From positions 239 through 64,238 of the forward strand of contig JALUXU010000020.1 of assembly GCA_027013225.1 (NCBI GenBank): a stretch of DNA of 64,000 bases. Direction: 5' to 3'. The number at the start of each line of letters is the position of its first letter. Position 1 is the first letter of the stretch. Below are positions 28,385 to 38,874 of this stretch, piece by piece. Origin of the DNA: Acidihalobacter sp. GTDB taxonomy: Bacteria; Pseudomonadota; Gammaproteobacteria; DSM-5130; Acidihalobacteraceae. The position numbers were made by a program, and so were the translations under genes. The notes under the pieces were generated by a model. It worked only from the letters and a program-made list of their open reading frames with translations. It did no database searches and was not told the origin of the DNA.

Positions 28385-29725
28385 ATGAACGTACACAGAA
28401 ATTCCGATACCCCGCTGTTGGAAAATACCTTGCCGCCCCAGCCAAAAACGGCGGCGCGTTGGTTTTTGCTGGCTTTCGATCGCATCGTGCGAACGTTATT
28501 CAAAATCGAGGAAAGCGGCTTGCCTCGGCGCCTGCCGCATCCCTGCCTGATCACTGTCAACCACCGCCGTGATGCAGATATTCCGGTGCTTGGCGTCTTT
28601 CTGGGGCGTGCCCGAGGTGGGCGCATCACGGGAACGCTGCCTCATTTCGTTGCTCGGGAAGATTTGTTCGACCGCGATTTCCTTTGGCATTACTGGCGTT
28701 CGCCCTGGCTGATAGGGCCGCGTTTGCTTTCTCCTTTGATTCCTTTGCCACGCATTCTCGAAATATTTAAGGCGCACCCCATTCACCGCATCCGCGAACA
28801 GAGCTTGGCGGTGGTGCTGCGCGATCTCCGCCGCGATTTCGGGGAGAAAACGCTGGGAGAAGTGTTGCATCCGCGCTGGGCGGCCCGCCTGCAAGCGGCA
28901 GGGGCGCCGAGCGAAAGCAATATCTCATGGCTGCTCAAACATCAGGCGCGGTTTGCTTCGCTGGTGGATGGCGAATGGGGGCATCGGCGCCTGAATCTAG
29001 ATACCTTTCGTGCCTTCAAGCCGTTGGAACGGGCACGCATCGCTGCACACCTGGATGTTTTCGCCCGCGCCTTGGCGCAAGGTGAGGCCGTCATGATTGC
29101 GCCGGAGGGGGCAAACAGTCCCAGCGGTTTTTTTCAGCGCCCGCGCGCCGGCGGATGGCAGTTGGCGGCCACAGCAGGGCCGGATCTTTCCATAGTGCCG
29201 GTGGGCCTGGGCTACGATCCTTCCTATCCGGCGTGGCGTACCCGCGTATTTGTTCATGCTGGCACGCTGTTGCGTCGCGGCGATTATGCGCAGCGGCGCG
29301 CATTCGATGATGCGGTGGCAAGAGGCATCCTGAGGGCGACCACCTTGACGGCCAGCCATTTCATGGCACATTGGATCTTGCGAGCGCGCCCCGGCGCGCG
29401 CATGGAGCAGGAGAACTATGTCGCTTTGCAGCAGGCATTGAGCAGTCGCTTGCAAGCGGCGGGTTTGCGCGTGGCGGATGACGCTGATGCCGCAGGCGAT
29501 TTTGAGCGCCGGATGCGCTGGTTCGAGCAAGCGGGCTTACTGACCGCCTCTGCACACGGTTGGCGGCGCAGCGCTCTGCCTGAGCCGCCGCCTGGCTGGA
29601 TGCCGCGTGCCGCGTTGGCGGTTTATCTTCGCAATGAAATGGCTTCAGCGGCGGCGCTGGCTGATGGCGTACTCGAGGCGTTCGATTTTCCAGCGCCGCC
29701 TTATGTGCCGCAGAGCGCTTTTTAG
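28385..29725 (+). CDS. PlsC-like acyltransferase domain protein
   Basis: NHRRDAD (HX4D), FVAREDLF, IAPEG; start at MNVH is tentative. Confidence 0.7.
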   Translation: MNVHRNSDTPLLENTLPPQPKTAARWFLLAFDRIVRTLFKIEESGLPRRLPHPCLITVNHRRDADIPVLGVFLGRARGGRITGTLPHFVAREDLFDRDFLWHYWRSPWLIGPRLLSPLIPLPRILEIFKAHPIHRIREQSLAVVLRDLRRDFGEKTLGEVLHPRWAARLQAAGAPSESNISWLLKHQARFASLVDGEWGHRRLNLDTFRAFKPLERARIAAHLDVFARALAQGEAVMIAPEGANSPSGFFQRPRAGGWQLAATAGPDLSIVPVGLGYDPSYPAWRTRVFVHAGTLLRRGDYAQRRAFDDAVARGILRATTLTASHFMAHWILRARPGARMEQENYVALQQALSSRLQAAGLRVADDADAAGDFERRMRWFEQAGLLTASAHGWRRSALPEPPPGWMPRAALAVYLRNEMASAAALADGVLEAFDFPAPPYVPQSAF

Positions 29726-29757
29726 GGCAAGTCAACCACGCTGAATTCAGGAGAGGC

Positions 29758-31470
29758 TCAACCGATATTCGCACGACGCGGAACATCGCCCTCCATGCCT
29801 TCGTCATTGTCTGAAGCCATAAGGCGGCCCGCCGCGGACAGCACACATTGAATCGTGGCCGAGGCCGTGTCATTGCTGAATGCGGCTGCCGTGGCATGGG
29901 CTCCATTGAGCTGCGTGCGCACGATCGCCAACGCTTGTGCGTCTGTTCCTCGAGTCAGCGCCTGCTGATCGAAATACTCGATTTTCAGGTGTTGGCGTTT
30001 TCGGCGGGTAATCGCGTCCACTAGGGCTTCGACCAGACCGCGCCCGTAACCTTGCCAAGATGAATCTTTATCATCGCCTTCGAGCTGGAATCTGACCTCA
30101 ACCCGTTGGCCAATGCGGCTGATGGCATAGCCGGCCAAGCGCCAACTTTCCGGCATGACACAAAAATGCGCCTGAAAATTTGCATAGATGCGTTGTGACG
30201 GTACTTCTTCGCCGCTGGCTTCGGACTCGGCCTGAACGATGCGGCTGAGTTCTCGCGCCAGCCATGCCGGGGCATCGATACCGTAATCTCGTTCAAGCAC
30301 ATGTGCCACGCCGCCCTTGCCCGACTGGCTGTTGATCCGCACCACCTCCTCGTATCGGCGGCCGATGTCAGCCGGATCGATGGGCAGGTAAGGAACCTGC
30401 CAGCCGTTTTCCGGCTGGGACCGGTAATGGCGCATTCCTTTGCGGATGGCATCTTGGTGACTGCCGGAGAAAGCGGTGTAGACCCACTTTCCTACCCAGG
30501 GATGACGAGGGTGTACGGGCATGCCGGTGCAGCGTCGGTAGCAGCTCAGTATCCGCTGCGGATCGGAGAAATCAAGGCGCGGATCGATGCCTTGCGAATA
30601 GAGGTTCATCGCCAGGGTAATGATATCCATGTTGCCGGTGCGTTCTCCGTTGCCGAATAGAGTGCCTTCCACGCGGTCGGCGCCGGCCAGAATAGCCAGC
30701 TCGGAGGCGGCCACGGCCGAACCCCGGTCATTATGGGTGTGAACGCTGATGCAAACGTACTCGCGGTCAGGGAGGTTGTCGCAGAACCATTCGACCTGAT
30801 CGGCGAATACATTGGGGGTGGACGACTCCACCGTGGCAGGAAGGTTGATGATGACGGACTGACCCTCGCGCGGTTGCCAAATGGCATTGACCGCATTACA
30901 GACATCGAGCGCGAAGTCGGGTTCGGTCTGGGAAAAGCTTTCCGGCGAGTATTCGAACGTCCACTCGGTGGCTGGAAATTGCTCGGCGTATTTCTTCACC
31001 CAGCGCGCGCCTCGGCGGGCGATGTCCATGACGCCTGCGCGATCGAGGCGAAACACCTGTTCCCGCTGGACTGGATTGGTGGAGTTGTAGACATGCACAA
31101 TGGCTTTGTTAACGCCGCGCAGGGCCTCGAATGTGCGGGCGATGAGGTCTTCGCGCGCCTGGGTCAACACCTGGATGCTGACATCTTCCGGAATGCGTTG
31201 TTCTTCGATGATGCGGCGGACGAAGTCGAAGTCTGGCTGCGATGCCGCGGGAAAACCGACTTCGATTTCTTTGCAGCCGATCGCGATGAGCAGGTCGAAA
31301 AACTCAAGTTTCTGCTCCACATTCATAGGCCGGGACAGCGCCTGATTGCCATCGCGCAGATCCACGCTGGCCCAGCGCGGTGCCTGGGTGATGCGTTTGT
31401 CCGGCCAGCGGCGGTCTGGCTTGGAGATCGGCTCGAATGGACGGTATTTGCGATGATCGAAGCGATTCAT
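29758..31470 (-). CDS. leuA: 2-isopropylmalate synthase
   Basis: SVDLRDGNQAL, EYSPESF, HTHNDRG, LFGNGERTGN, AFSGSHQDAI. Confidence 0.95.
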   Translation of the reverse strand: MNRFDHRKYRPFEPISKPDRRWPDKRITQAPRWASVDLRDGNQALSRPMNVEQKLEFFDLLIAIGCKEIEVGFPAASQPDFDFVRRIIEEQRIPEDVSIQVLTQAREDLIARTFEALRGVNKAIVHVYNSTNPVQREQVFRLDRAGVMDIARRGARWVKKYAEQFPATEWTFEYSPESFSQTEPDFALDVCNAVNAIWQPREGQSVIINLPATVESSTPNVFADQVEWFCDNLPDREYVCISVHTHNDRGSAVAASELAILAGADRVEGTLFGNGERTGNMDIITLAMNLYSQGIDPRLDFSDPQRILSCYRRCTGMPVHPRHPWVGKWVYTAFSGSHQDAIRKGMRHYRSQPENGWQVPYLPIDPADIGRRYEEVVRINSQSGKGGVAHVLERDYGIDAPAWLARELSRIVQAESEASGEEVPSQRIYANFQAHFCVMPESWRLAGYAISRIGQRVEVRFQLEGDDKDSSWQGYGRGLVEALVDAITRRKRQHLKIEYFDQQALTRGTDAQALAIVRTQLNGAHATAAAFSNDTASATIQCVLSAAGRLMASDNDEGMEGDVPRRANIG

Positions 31471-31705
31471 GGCGAGTTTCTCTCTTGAGTTGAAAATCGA
31501 CTGGATGAACTATTCGGGCTGAGCGGAGGCTTTTCGTAAAGCCTCCTTGTTGGAATCAGCGCCGAAAAGTAAGCCATCAGGTTTGAGAAAGAGTATAAAA
31601 GCCCAGAGATGACAGTTTGTTGCGAATTTTTCTTAAAACACGATAAAATTGAAATAATATGCTACAGATAATTCATTTTGAGCAAACTAATTTCTTTACT
31701 TGAAA

Positions 31706-32191
31706 ATGAAAGGCCAGATACACGTTCTGGATCGCATGGATCGGCGCATTCTTGAAGCATTGCAAGCGGACGCGGGTTTGAGCAATCAGGCGCTGGCCGA
31801 ACGGGTGGGTTTGTCACCATCGCCCTGTCTGCGGCGAGTGCGCGCACTGGAAGAGGCGGGCATCATCATAGGCCGCGTCACCTTGTTGGATCGTCACAAA
31901 TTGGGGCTGTCCTTGACTGTGCTGGTGCACATCAGCATGGACAAGCACACGCCGGAGCGCTTTCAGTCCTTCGAGGAAAAGGTGAAAACGTTCCAGGAAA
32001 TTCAAGAATGCTATCTAATCACGGGCCAGGAGGCGGATTATCAACTCAAGGTGGTCGTCCCCGACATGGATCATTATCAGACGTTTTTGCTCAATCGCCT
32101 TACTCGCATCGAAGGCGTGAGCGGCGTTCATTCCAGTTTCGTCTTGCGGCGAGTGGTGGACACCACAGAGCTCCCCCTCGGTTATCTTTGA
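31706..32191 (+). CDS. Lrp/AsnC family regulator, divergent from leuA
   Basis: LDRMDRRIL, VGLSPSPCLRRVRALE, CYLITG. Confidence 0.93.
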   Translation: MKGQIHVLDRMDRRILEALQADAGLSNQALAERVGLSPSPCLRRVRALEEAGIIIGRVTLLDRHKLGLSLTVLVHISMDKHTPERFQSFEEKVKTFQEIQECYLITGQEADYQLKVVVPDMDHYQTFLLNRLTRIEGVSGVHSSFVLRRVVDTTELPLGYL

Positions 32192-32230
32192 AAACCGAAC
32201 CTGGTAGAGATCGCATGGGAAACATTCGGG

Positions 32231-32512
32231 TTAAAGCAGGCCGTGAGCCGCGAGTTTTTTGCGCAGCGTGCCTCGACTGATACCCAACCAGGCGGCTGCG
32301 CGACATTGATTGCCGCGGGCCCGATGCAGCACGGTTTCCAGCAAGGGCCGTTCCACTTCGTTCATGACCAGGCGATAAAGCGCGGCCGGCTCATGATCTT
32401 CAAGGGCATCGAAATAGGCATGCACGGCTTGCGCGACCACGTATCCAAGCGGTGGGGAGGTTTCTTCCTCGGCGACTGGAATTTGGGCTGAGATGTCGGG
32501 TTCGGCGTTCAT
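32231..32512 (-). CDS. fis: Fis family DNA-binding protein
   Basis: LYRLVMNEVERPLL...GNQCRAAAWLGISRGTLRKKL; downstream of dusB. Confidence 0.88.
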   Translation of the reverse strand: MNAEPDISAQIPVAEEETSPPLGYVVAQAVHAYFDALEDHEPAALYRLVMNEVERPLLETVLHRARGNQCRAAAWLGISRGTLRKKLAAHGLL

Positions 32513-33504
32513 GCGGCGAGTTCCTCGTGGTTGGCGGTGGCATCGAGAAGTGAAATCAGCATGCGCCGCTGATCAGTGGCGCCATCTATGGCGAGAATCC
32601 GTCGTCGCCATATCGCGGCCATGTCGGGCGGAAGCTGAGCTTTGAGGTACCAGTCTATGTGTTTTCGGGCGACGCGATAACCTCGCTCCTCACCATAGAA
32701 AGCATACAAGGCATCCAGGTGCTCAAGAAGCGTGACTTTGACTTCTGCGAAGGAAGGGGCGGCGGGTTTTTGCCCGTGGGCGAGATAATGCGCGATTTGC
32801 CGAAAGATCCATGGATTGCCTTGGGCGGCGCGGCCGATCATGAGGCCGTCGGCCTGACTTTTTTCCAGTATGTCCGCCGCCTTTTCGGGGCTATCGATAT
32901 CGCCATTGGCGATTACGGGCATGGTGACTGCTTCTTTGACTTGGCGCAGGCTTTCGTGCTCGGCTTCACCCTTGAAACCGCAGGCTCGGGTGCGGCCGTG
33001 AATGCTCAATGCCTGGATGCCGGCTTTCTCGGCCATGCGTGCGATGCGCACCGCATTTTTGTTTTCCGGATCCCAGCCGGTGCGGATTTTCAGAGTGACA
33101 GGAACCGTAACGGCGGCAATCACGGCATCCAGGATTCGACCTACTAGTTTCTCGTCGCGAAGCAAGGCGGAACCCGCCGCCTGCTGGCACACTTTCTTTG
33201 CGGGACAACCCATGTTGATGTCGATGATTTGCGCCCCTTCGGCCTCATTGAGGCGGGCCGCATCGGCCAGCATGGCGGGATCGGCACCGACGATCTGCAC
33301 CCAGGAAGGGGGGGCTTCGCCAGAATGATCCAGGCGCAAGCGTGTCTTCAAGCTGGAACGCAGTTCAGGGCGCGTGCCCACCATCTCGGATACAGCCAGG
33401 TCGGCACCCAGCCGTCGGCACAACATTCTGAACGGTCGGTCAGTAACGCCAGCCATAGGGGCGAGGATCAACGGCGTGGAAAATTCAAGTGAGCCGATGT
33501 GCAT
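32509..33504 (-). CDS. dusB: tRNA dihydrouridine synthase DusB
   Basis: LAPMAGVTD, DINMGCPAKKV, KIRTGW, IHGRT, NGDI. Confidence 0.95.
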   Translation of the reverse strand: MHIGSLEFSTPLILAPMAGVTDRPFRMLCRRLGADLAVSEMVGTRPELRSSLKTRLRLDHSGEAPPSWVQIVGADPAMLADAARLNEAEGAQIIDINMGCPAKKVCQQAAGSALLRDEKLVGRILDAVIAAVTVPVTLKIRTGWDPENKNAVRIARMAEKAGIQALSIHGRTRACGFKGEAEHESLRQVKEAVTMPVIANGDIDSPEKAADILEKSQADGLMIGRAAQGNPWIFRQIAHYLAHGQKPAAPSFAEVKVTLLEHLDALYAFYGEERGYRVARKHIDWYLKAQLPPDMAAIWRRRILAIDGATDQRRMLISLLDATANHEELAA

Positions 33505-33649
33505 GGTTTGATTGCCGGGACAAAAAGTGGAGCTGTTTAACATAGCGGTAAAGCGATGCTCAGTAAAGCCATGCGTTATGAGCCGCCGAGTGGCTGCTGG
33601 CATGGGAAAGGAAATGGAAGAATGCAGGATCTTAGCGCGTCATGCGTGT

Positions 33650-35980
33650 ATGAGGGCTGTAATTTTTTTTGTCTTGCGGCGATTGCCGATCCTGGCCTTG
33701 CTCCTGATTTTGAGCGCGTCCGCGGCGGCCAACCATCTCGGCGACTCGGCCGATCCGTATCTGCGCATGCACGCCCACGATCCCGTGGACTGGTATCCGT
33801 GGGGGGCGGCCGCCCTGGAAAAGGCGCGGCGCGAACACAAGCTGATTTTCCTGTCCATCGGCTACCTGTCCTGTTACTGGTGCCATGTGGCTGACCGCGA
33901 GCTGTTCTCCGACCCGTCCATCGCCCGCCTGATGAACCGCTGGTTCGTCAACATTCTGGTCGATCGCGAGCAGCGCCCGGATCTGGACCGTGTCTACCAG
34001 CTTGCCGCGGTGGTTATGAACGGCCGCGGCGGCTGGCCGAACAATCTGTTCCTGACGCCCGACCTTAAGCCGTTTTACGTCGGCACCTACTTCTCGCCGC
34101 GGGACGATTCGCTGGGCGCGCCCGCCTTCGTGCCGCTGTTGCGGCGCATCCACCGCGAATGGGGCAGCGATCCCGCGGCGGTAATGGCCCGCGCCGACGC
34201 CGTGGTGGCGAAGATGCGGGCGCAGGGCGGCAGCGCGGGTGATGCGAAAATCCAGCCGCGGTGCTGGCTGCAACAGGCGGTGGCGACCAGCGCCGCGCAT
34301 TTCGACTGGCGCCACGGCGGTCTGCCCGCGGGCGCCGCCCAGGCCAAATTTCCGCGCCCGCCCCTGCTTGCGCTGTGGCTGAGCGCGGCGGTACACGAAC
34401 ACGATCCACGCGCCTCGGCTATGCTGCGCGAGACGCTGGACGCGATGGCCTACGGCGGCATCCACGACGCGCTGGGCGGCGGTTTTCACCGCTACGCCAT
34501 CGATCCCGCCTGGTCATTGCCGCATTTCGAGAAAATGCTCTCCGGCAATGCCCAACTGCTGGCCGTCTATGCCCGCGCCTGGGCCCGCGATCACGACCCC
34601 TTGTATCTCCTAGTGGCCCTTGACACCGCCGCCTGGCTGGCGCGGCGGCTGCAGACGCCGGCGGGCGGTTTCTACGCCGGCATGGCGGCGGCGACGCATG
34701 GCGAAAAAGGCGCCTATTATCTGTGGACGCGGCAGGAAATCGACGCCTTGCTGGGCACGGCGGGTGCCCGGCGCTTTTTCGAGCTCTACGCGCTCACGCC
34801 CATCAGCCACCCCAGCGCCGAGGCCCTGTTCAGCGGCGAGATCCCGGGCGTACTGCGCGTGCGCGAGGCGCTGGAAAGCCTGGGTGGGCGGCAAACGGCG
34901 CGGCGCATCGCGGCGCTGGCCCCGGAACGCGAACGGCTGCTCGCCGCCCGCCAGAAACGGCCCAGGCCGCAGATAGACCGGCTGATGCCGGTCGGCCTCA
35001 ACGGACTGGCCATAGGCGCATTCGCCCAGGCCGGGCTGGCCCTGCACCGGCCACAGCTGACCGGTATCGCCGCACGGGCGGCGGAGCGGATCTGGCGCGT
35101 GGCCTGGCAGGCGCGCTCCCGCACCCTGGCTCACGCGCTGCTGGCCGGGCGTCCCGACGGCGCCGGTCTGTTGGCCGACTACGCCCTGTTCGGTAACGGC
35201 CTGCTCGATTTGTACCACAATGACCGCCAGCCGCGTTGGCTGCACCGCGCGCGGCGGCTGGGCGATGCGCTCCTCGCCCGTTTCCGCCGCCCGGACGGCG
35301 CGTTGATGGAAACGCGGGGCGATGCCAGTCTCCCGGTCGCGCCGCGGGCGACGGGGGACATCCATCGCCCATCTGCTTTGTCGGCGGCCATCGTGCTGCT
35401 GCTGCGCCTGGGCGAACTCACCCATGACCCCCGTTACACGCGCGCCGCCCGCGAGGCGCTGCGAAACGCCGCGCCCGCGATCGCCGCCGCTCCCGAGCGC
35501 TGGGGCTATCTGCTCGCCCGGCTCAACGATCTGCCGTCACCTGTGCGCGAGGCCCTGGCCGCGCCGACGGGCGTCGAGGCGGCAGGCGGCGGCTTCCACA
35601 TCGCCACCAGCGCCGAGGCGGTCTCGGTGCTTGCCGAACGCGCGCCGGTCGATGGCCGCCCCGGCCTCGTCCTGCGCCTGCGCATCGCCCCGGGCTATCA
35701 CATCAACGCCGATCCGGCCTCCTTGCCCTACCTCATCCCCACCCAGGTGCGCCTCGAAAACCTGACGCCCGTGCGCGTCCATTACCCTGAAGGGCGATGG
35801 ATACACCCGGCCATCTCGCGCGAGGGTTTGCGCGTCTATACCGGCGAGGCGACGATCCGCGTCGTCTTGCCGCCCGGGGCAACGCCGGCCCGCGCCGTGC
35901 GCGGCACGCTGAGGATTCAGGCATGCAAGGCGCAAGTCTGCCTGCCGCCGGCCAGCCTGTCGTTTCGGGTGGGTAAGTAA
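33650..35980 (+). CDS. Exported YyaL/DUF255 thioredoxin-glycosidase-like protein with C-terminal DsbD-N-like domain
   Basis: PVDWYPWG, SCYWCH, DREQRPDLD, GGWP, GGFHRYA, PHFEKML, QACKAQVCLPP; start codon uncertain. Confidence 0.8.
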   Translation: MRAVIFFVLRRLPILALLLILSASAAANHLGDSADPYLRMHAHDPVDWYPWGAAALEKARREHKLIFLSIGYLSCYWCHVADRELFSDPSIARLMNRWFVNILVDREQRPDLDRVYQLAAVVMNGRGGWPNNLFLTPDLKPFYVGTYFSPRDDSLGAPAFVPLLRRIHREWGSDPAAVMARADAVVAKMRAQGGSAGDAKIQPRCWLQQAVATSAAHFDWRHGGLPAGAAQAKFPRPPLLALWLSAAVHEHDPRASAMLRETLDAMAYGGIHDALGGGFHRYAIDPAWSLPHFEKMLSGNAQLLAVYARAWARDHDPLYLLVALDTAAWLARRLQTPAGGFYAGMAAATHGEKGAYYLWTRQEIDALLGTAGARRFFELYALTPISHPSAEALFSGEIPGVLRVREALESLGGRQTARRIAALAPERERLLAARQKRPRPQIDRLMPVGLNGLAIGAFAQAGLALHRPQLTGIAARAAERIWRVAWQARSRTLAHALLAGRPDGAGLLADYALFGNGLLDLYHNDRQPRWLHRARRLGDALLARFRRPDGALMETRGDASLPVAPRATGDIHRPSALSAAIVLLLRLGELTHDPRYTRAAREALRNAAPAIAAAPERWGYLLARLNDLPSPVREALAAPTGVEAAGGGFHIATSAEAVSVLAERAPVDGRPGLVLRLRIAPGYHINADPASLPYLIPTQVRLENLTPVRVHYPEGRWIHPAISREGLRVYTGEATIRVVLPPGATPARAVRGTLRIQACKAQVCLPPASLSFRVGK

Positions 35981-35987
35981 ACCTGGT

Positions 35988-36752
35988 TTAGCCGCGAAGC
36001 TGGCGGTAAACGCTCTCGGCGATGCGCAGCAGCGCCGCGCGGTCGAGGCGGCCGGCCACGGCATAGGCCATGCCGCCGTCTATCCAGTAAAAAACCTCGA
36101 CCCCGTCCCGGCGCACGAAGCGAAAGGCGGTACGTTGCACGGGCCGGCGCGGCCAGGTGATATAGACGGTGATGCGTCGCCGCGCCGCATTCTGATACAT
36201 GAACTGCGCGGCGGGCCCGGCGCTGCCGGGCAGCAGGCTGCCGCCCATCAGGTGATAACCGTAGGCGGAAAGATCGGGCGCCTGCAGTGTATGGCCTAGA
36301 CGCCGCGACAGCCAGTGCATCAGCTCGGCCTTTTCGGCGGCGCCGACCATGACCGGATGCCGCGCTTCCGGCGCGTACACGGCGTAGGCCAGTGCTGCCT
36401 CCTGCGGCAGCCGGGGCGCCGCCGTGGCCAGGGGCACGGGTCCCGAACCCAGGGCAAGAAACCAGCCCAGGGCGATGCCCAGCCCGAAACTGGCCACGCC
36501 CGCCGCCAGCGCCGCCCGCCGACGCGGCCGCGGCGGCGCAACGCGCAGGCGGTCGGGTATCGGCTCGGCCAGCACGCCGTCGAAAGCCTGATGCAGGGCG
36601 CGGCGATGACGGCGGTAGGCGGCGGCGCGCGCGGCGAGCGCCGGATCCTGCTCTATCCGCGCCTCGATCTTGGCTTGCCGCGCCGGATCCAGACGCCCGT
36701 CCACCCAGGCCTGCAAGGTATCGTCGTCCAACACCCGGCGCTGCCCGCTCAT
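35988..36752 (-). CDS. Transmembrane anti-sigma factor
   Basis: LQAWVDGRL, TM, WLSRRLG...APDLS...GGSLLP...AQFMY. Confidence 0.88.
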   Translation of the reverse strand: MSGQRRVLDDDTLQAWVDGRLDPARQAKIEARIEQDPALAARAAAYRRHRRALHQAFDGVLAEPIPDRLRVAPPRPRRRAALAAGVASFGLGIALGWFLALGSGPVPLATAAPRLPQEAALAYAVYAPEARHPVMVGAAEKAELMHWLSRRLGHTLQAPDLSAYGYHLMGGSLLPGSAGPAAQFMYQNAARRRITVYITWPRRPVQRTAFRFVRRDGVEVFYWIDGGMAYAVAGRLDRAALLRIAESVYRQLRG

Positions 36753-37237
36753 CGGCCCTTCTCCGTTGGCGGCAGCTCGCCTTCCATCGCCCGGCGCAGT
36801 TTCTCTCGCCCGCGAGACAGGCGCGACATCACCGTGCCTCGAGGAATGCCGAGGATGGCGGCGGCTTGGGCATAGCTGAAATCCTCCAGCCCCACCAGCA
36901 GCACGACCTCACGAAACTCGGGCGGCAACTGCTGCAAGGCCCGTTGCAGATCGCGCACCATGAGCTGCTCTTCCTGCGTCGCCGCCACAGGCGCCAGATA
37001 AGCCTCATTCCATTCCAGCATGGGCCGTTCGGCACGGCGCTGGTTGACATAGAGGTTGTGCATCAGGGTGAAGAGCCAGGCGCGAAGATCACTGCCGCGC
37101 CGCCACAGGGAAAACTTGCGCAGCGCCCGTTCCAGGGTGTCCTGCACCAGATCGTCGGCGCGGTCGGGATCTCCCGCCAGGGCGCGGGCGTATCGGCGCA
37201 AGCGGGGTATGTGCGCTTCGAGCGCGGCGGCATCCAT
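36749..37237 (-). CDS. ECF RNA polymerase sigma factor
   Basis: ADDLVQDTLERA, WLFTLMHN, GTVMSRLSRGR. Confidence 0.93.
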   Translation of the reverse strand: MDAAALEAHIPRLRRYARALAGDPDRADDLVQDTLERALRKFSLWRRGSDLRAWLFTLMHNLYVNQRRAERPMLEWNEAYLAPVAATQEEQLMVRDLQRALQQLPPEFREVVLLVGLEDFSYAQAAAILGIPRGTVMSRLSRGREKLRRAMEGELPPTEKGR

Positions 37238-37245
37238 GCGGCAGC

Positions 37246-37274
37246 AAAAACGGGCGCGCCTCAGCGCGCCCGTT
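37246..37274 (-). terminator. Intrinsic terminator-like hairpin between the SnoaL gene and the ECF sigma gene
   Basis: AACGGGCGCGC-TGAG-GCGCGCCCGTT followed by TTT on the minus strand. Confidence 0.6.
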
Positions 37275-37280
37275 CATGGA

Positions 37281-37739
37281 TCAATAGCCGCCTGAGGCCA
37301 TTTCGTGCTTGTGCATGAGTTTCAGCAGGTGCGGGTCGATCTGCCAGATCTCGTCAACCAGCACGCCTTGCCGGAAGGTCATGACGTAGCGCACCGGGAT
37401 CGGTTTCATGCCCTTAAACACAACGTCCGCCGTGACTGTGGCGCCGGCAGGGTTGGCCGCCACCTTCATGTCCCAGATTTTGATCCTGAGTGGCCCGTTG
37501 GCCTTGGCGAACTTGTGCCACACTTGGCGGATCGCCGGCGTGCCGCGGTAATCGCCGTTCAGTGGGCCGCCGACCCACTGGAACACCGCGGCGGGCGAAT
37601 AGTCGGCCATGATCGCCGGCACATCGCCGCGGGCGATAGCGTGCAGATGCGCGCGCGCCTCGTGTGCGGGGTTCGCAAACGCCAGGGCAGGCACGGCGGC
37701 AGCGGTGAAAGCGAGCAACTTCAAAGCGGATTTGCGCAT
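37281..37739 (-). CDS. Exported SnoaL/NTF2-like protein
   Basis: Signal peptide; MADYSPAAVFQWVGGPL...DEIWQID. Confidence 0.75.
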   Translation of the reverse strand: MRKSALKLLAFTAAAVPALAFANPAHEARAHLHAIARGDVPAIMADYSPAAVFQWVGGPLNGDYRGTPAIRQVWHKFAKANGPLRIKIWDMKVAANPAGATVTADVVFKGMKPIPVRYVMTFRQGVLVDEIWQIDPHLLKLMHKHEMASGGY

Positions 37740-37774
37740 GCTTGGATCTCCTTCGATTGTTAGGATTGCAGCAG

Positions 37775-37803
37775 ATTAACACCTCAGGCATCGATCTATT
37801 CCC
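37775..37803 (-). promoter_or_regulatory. Putative ECF-sigma promoter
   Basis: GGGAAT-N17-GTTAAT upstream of the SnoaL gene. Confidence 0.45.
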
Positions 37804-37833
37804 GCTCAACGCAAAAAACGTTTCTTGAGCTGG

Positions 37834-38769
37834 TTATTCGCGCAAGGTCACTGGCAGGCTGAAGGTGATTTTTTCTTCCCGTCCAGGCAGTTCTTGCGCG
37901 ACGACCGCTCCCAGCCTTTGCAGATAACGAACTACGTCCTGGACCAGCGTTTCCGGGGCCGAGGCACCGGCGGTCACGCCGATGTGACGCTTGCCTTCCA
38001 GCCAGGCTGGATCAATGTCGATGGCACTGTCGATCAGGCGGGCGGTGACGCCTGAAGTTTCGCTGAGTTCGCGCAAGCGGTTCGAGTTGGAGCTGTTAGC
38101 CGATCCGACCACCAGAATCAGATCGCAGCGGGTGGCGAGATCACGTACTGCATCCTGCCGGTTCTGAGTGGCATAGCAGATGTCGTCCTTGCGGGGGCCT
38201 TCGATGTTGGGAAAGCGCTTGCGAAGCGCGCCGATTACCACGCGGGCATCATCCACCGACAGGGTGGTCTGGGTGACGAAGGCAAGATGATCGGGGTCCC
38301 TGACTTCGAGTTTTTCTACATCCTGCGGTGAATCGACAAGGTACATGGTGCCACCGTAAGACGTGTCGTATTGGCCCAGAGTGCCTTCGACTTCGGGATG
38401 ACCGCGATGACCAATGAGAATGGTTTCACGCCCTTCGCGGGCGTACTTGCTCACCTCGATATGGACTTTGGTGACCAACGGACAAGTCGCGTCAAACACA
38501 TTGAGTCCGCGTGATTCCGCGTCACGGCGCACCGCCTGGGATACGCCGTGGGCACTGAAAATAACGGTGGCTCCGTCGGGGACTTCATCCAGTTCCTCCA
38601 CGAACACCGCGCCTTTCTCACGCAAGCCGTCGACGACAAAGCGGTTGTGCACCACTTCATGGCGCACATAGATCGGTGCGCCGAAGCGCTCCAGCGCGTG
38701 TTCTACGATTTCGATGGCTCGGTTGACGCCGGCGCAGAAGCCCCGGGGGTTTGCAAGCAGAATATCCAT
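37834..38769 (-). CDS. ispH: 4-hydroxy-3-methylbut-2-enyl diphosphate reductase
   Basis: [29 protein letters not shown]. Confidence 0.97.
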   Translation of the reverse strand: MDILLANPRGFCAGVNRAIEIVEHALERFGAPIYVRHEVVHNRFVVDGLREKGAVFVEELDEVPDGATVIFSAHGVSQAVRRDAESRGLNVFDATCPLVTKVHIEVSKYAREGRETILIGHRGHPEVEGTLGQYDTSYGGTMYLVDSPQDVEKLEVRDPDHLAFVTQTTLSVDDARVVIGALRKRFPNIEGPRKDDICYATQNRQDAVRDLATRCDLILVVGSANSSNSNRLRELSETSGVTARLIDSAIDIDPAWLEGKRHIGVTAGASAPETLVQDVVRYLQRLGAVVAQELPGREEKITFSLPVTLRE

Positions 38770-38874
38770 GGATTGACTCGCTCGTGATGGGTAGGGTTTG
38801 TTGGCAAGAGCGAACATTAGCCTATCTTGGCGGCGAGTTCATCCCCCGCCGTTTCAATAAATGCCTCAATGCGA

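Noticed and set aside
31470-31580. leuA attenuator (hairpin GGAGGC-TTTTCGTAAA-GCCTCC)
   Set aside because: The candidate leader peptide is not Leu-rich and there is no U-tract after the hairpin; regulation by the divergent Lrp is simpler.
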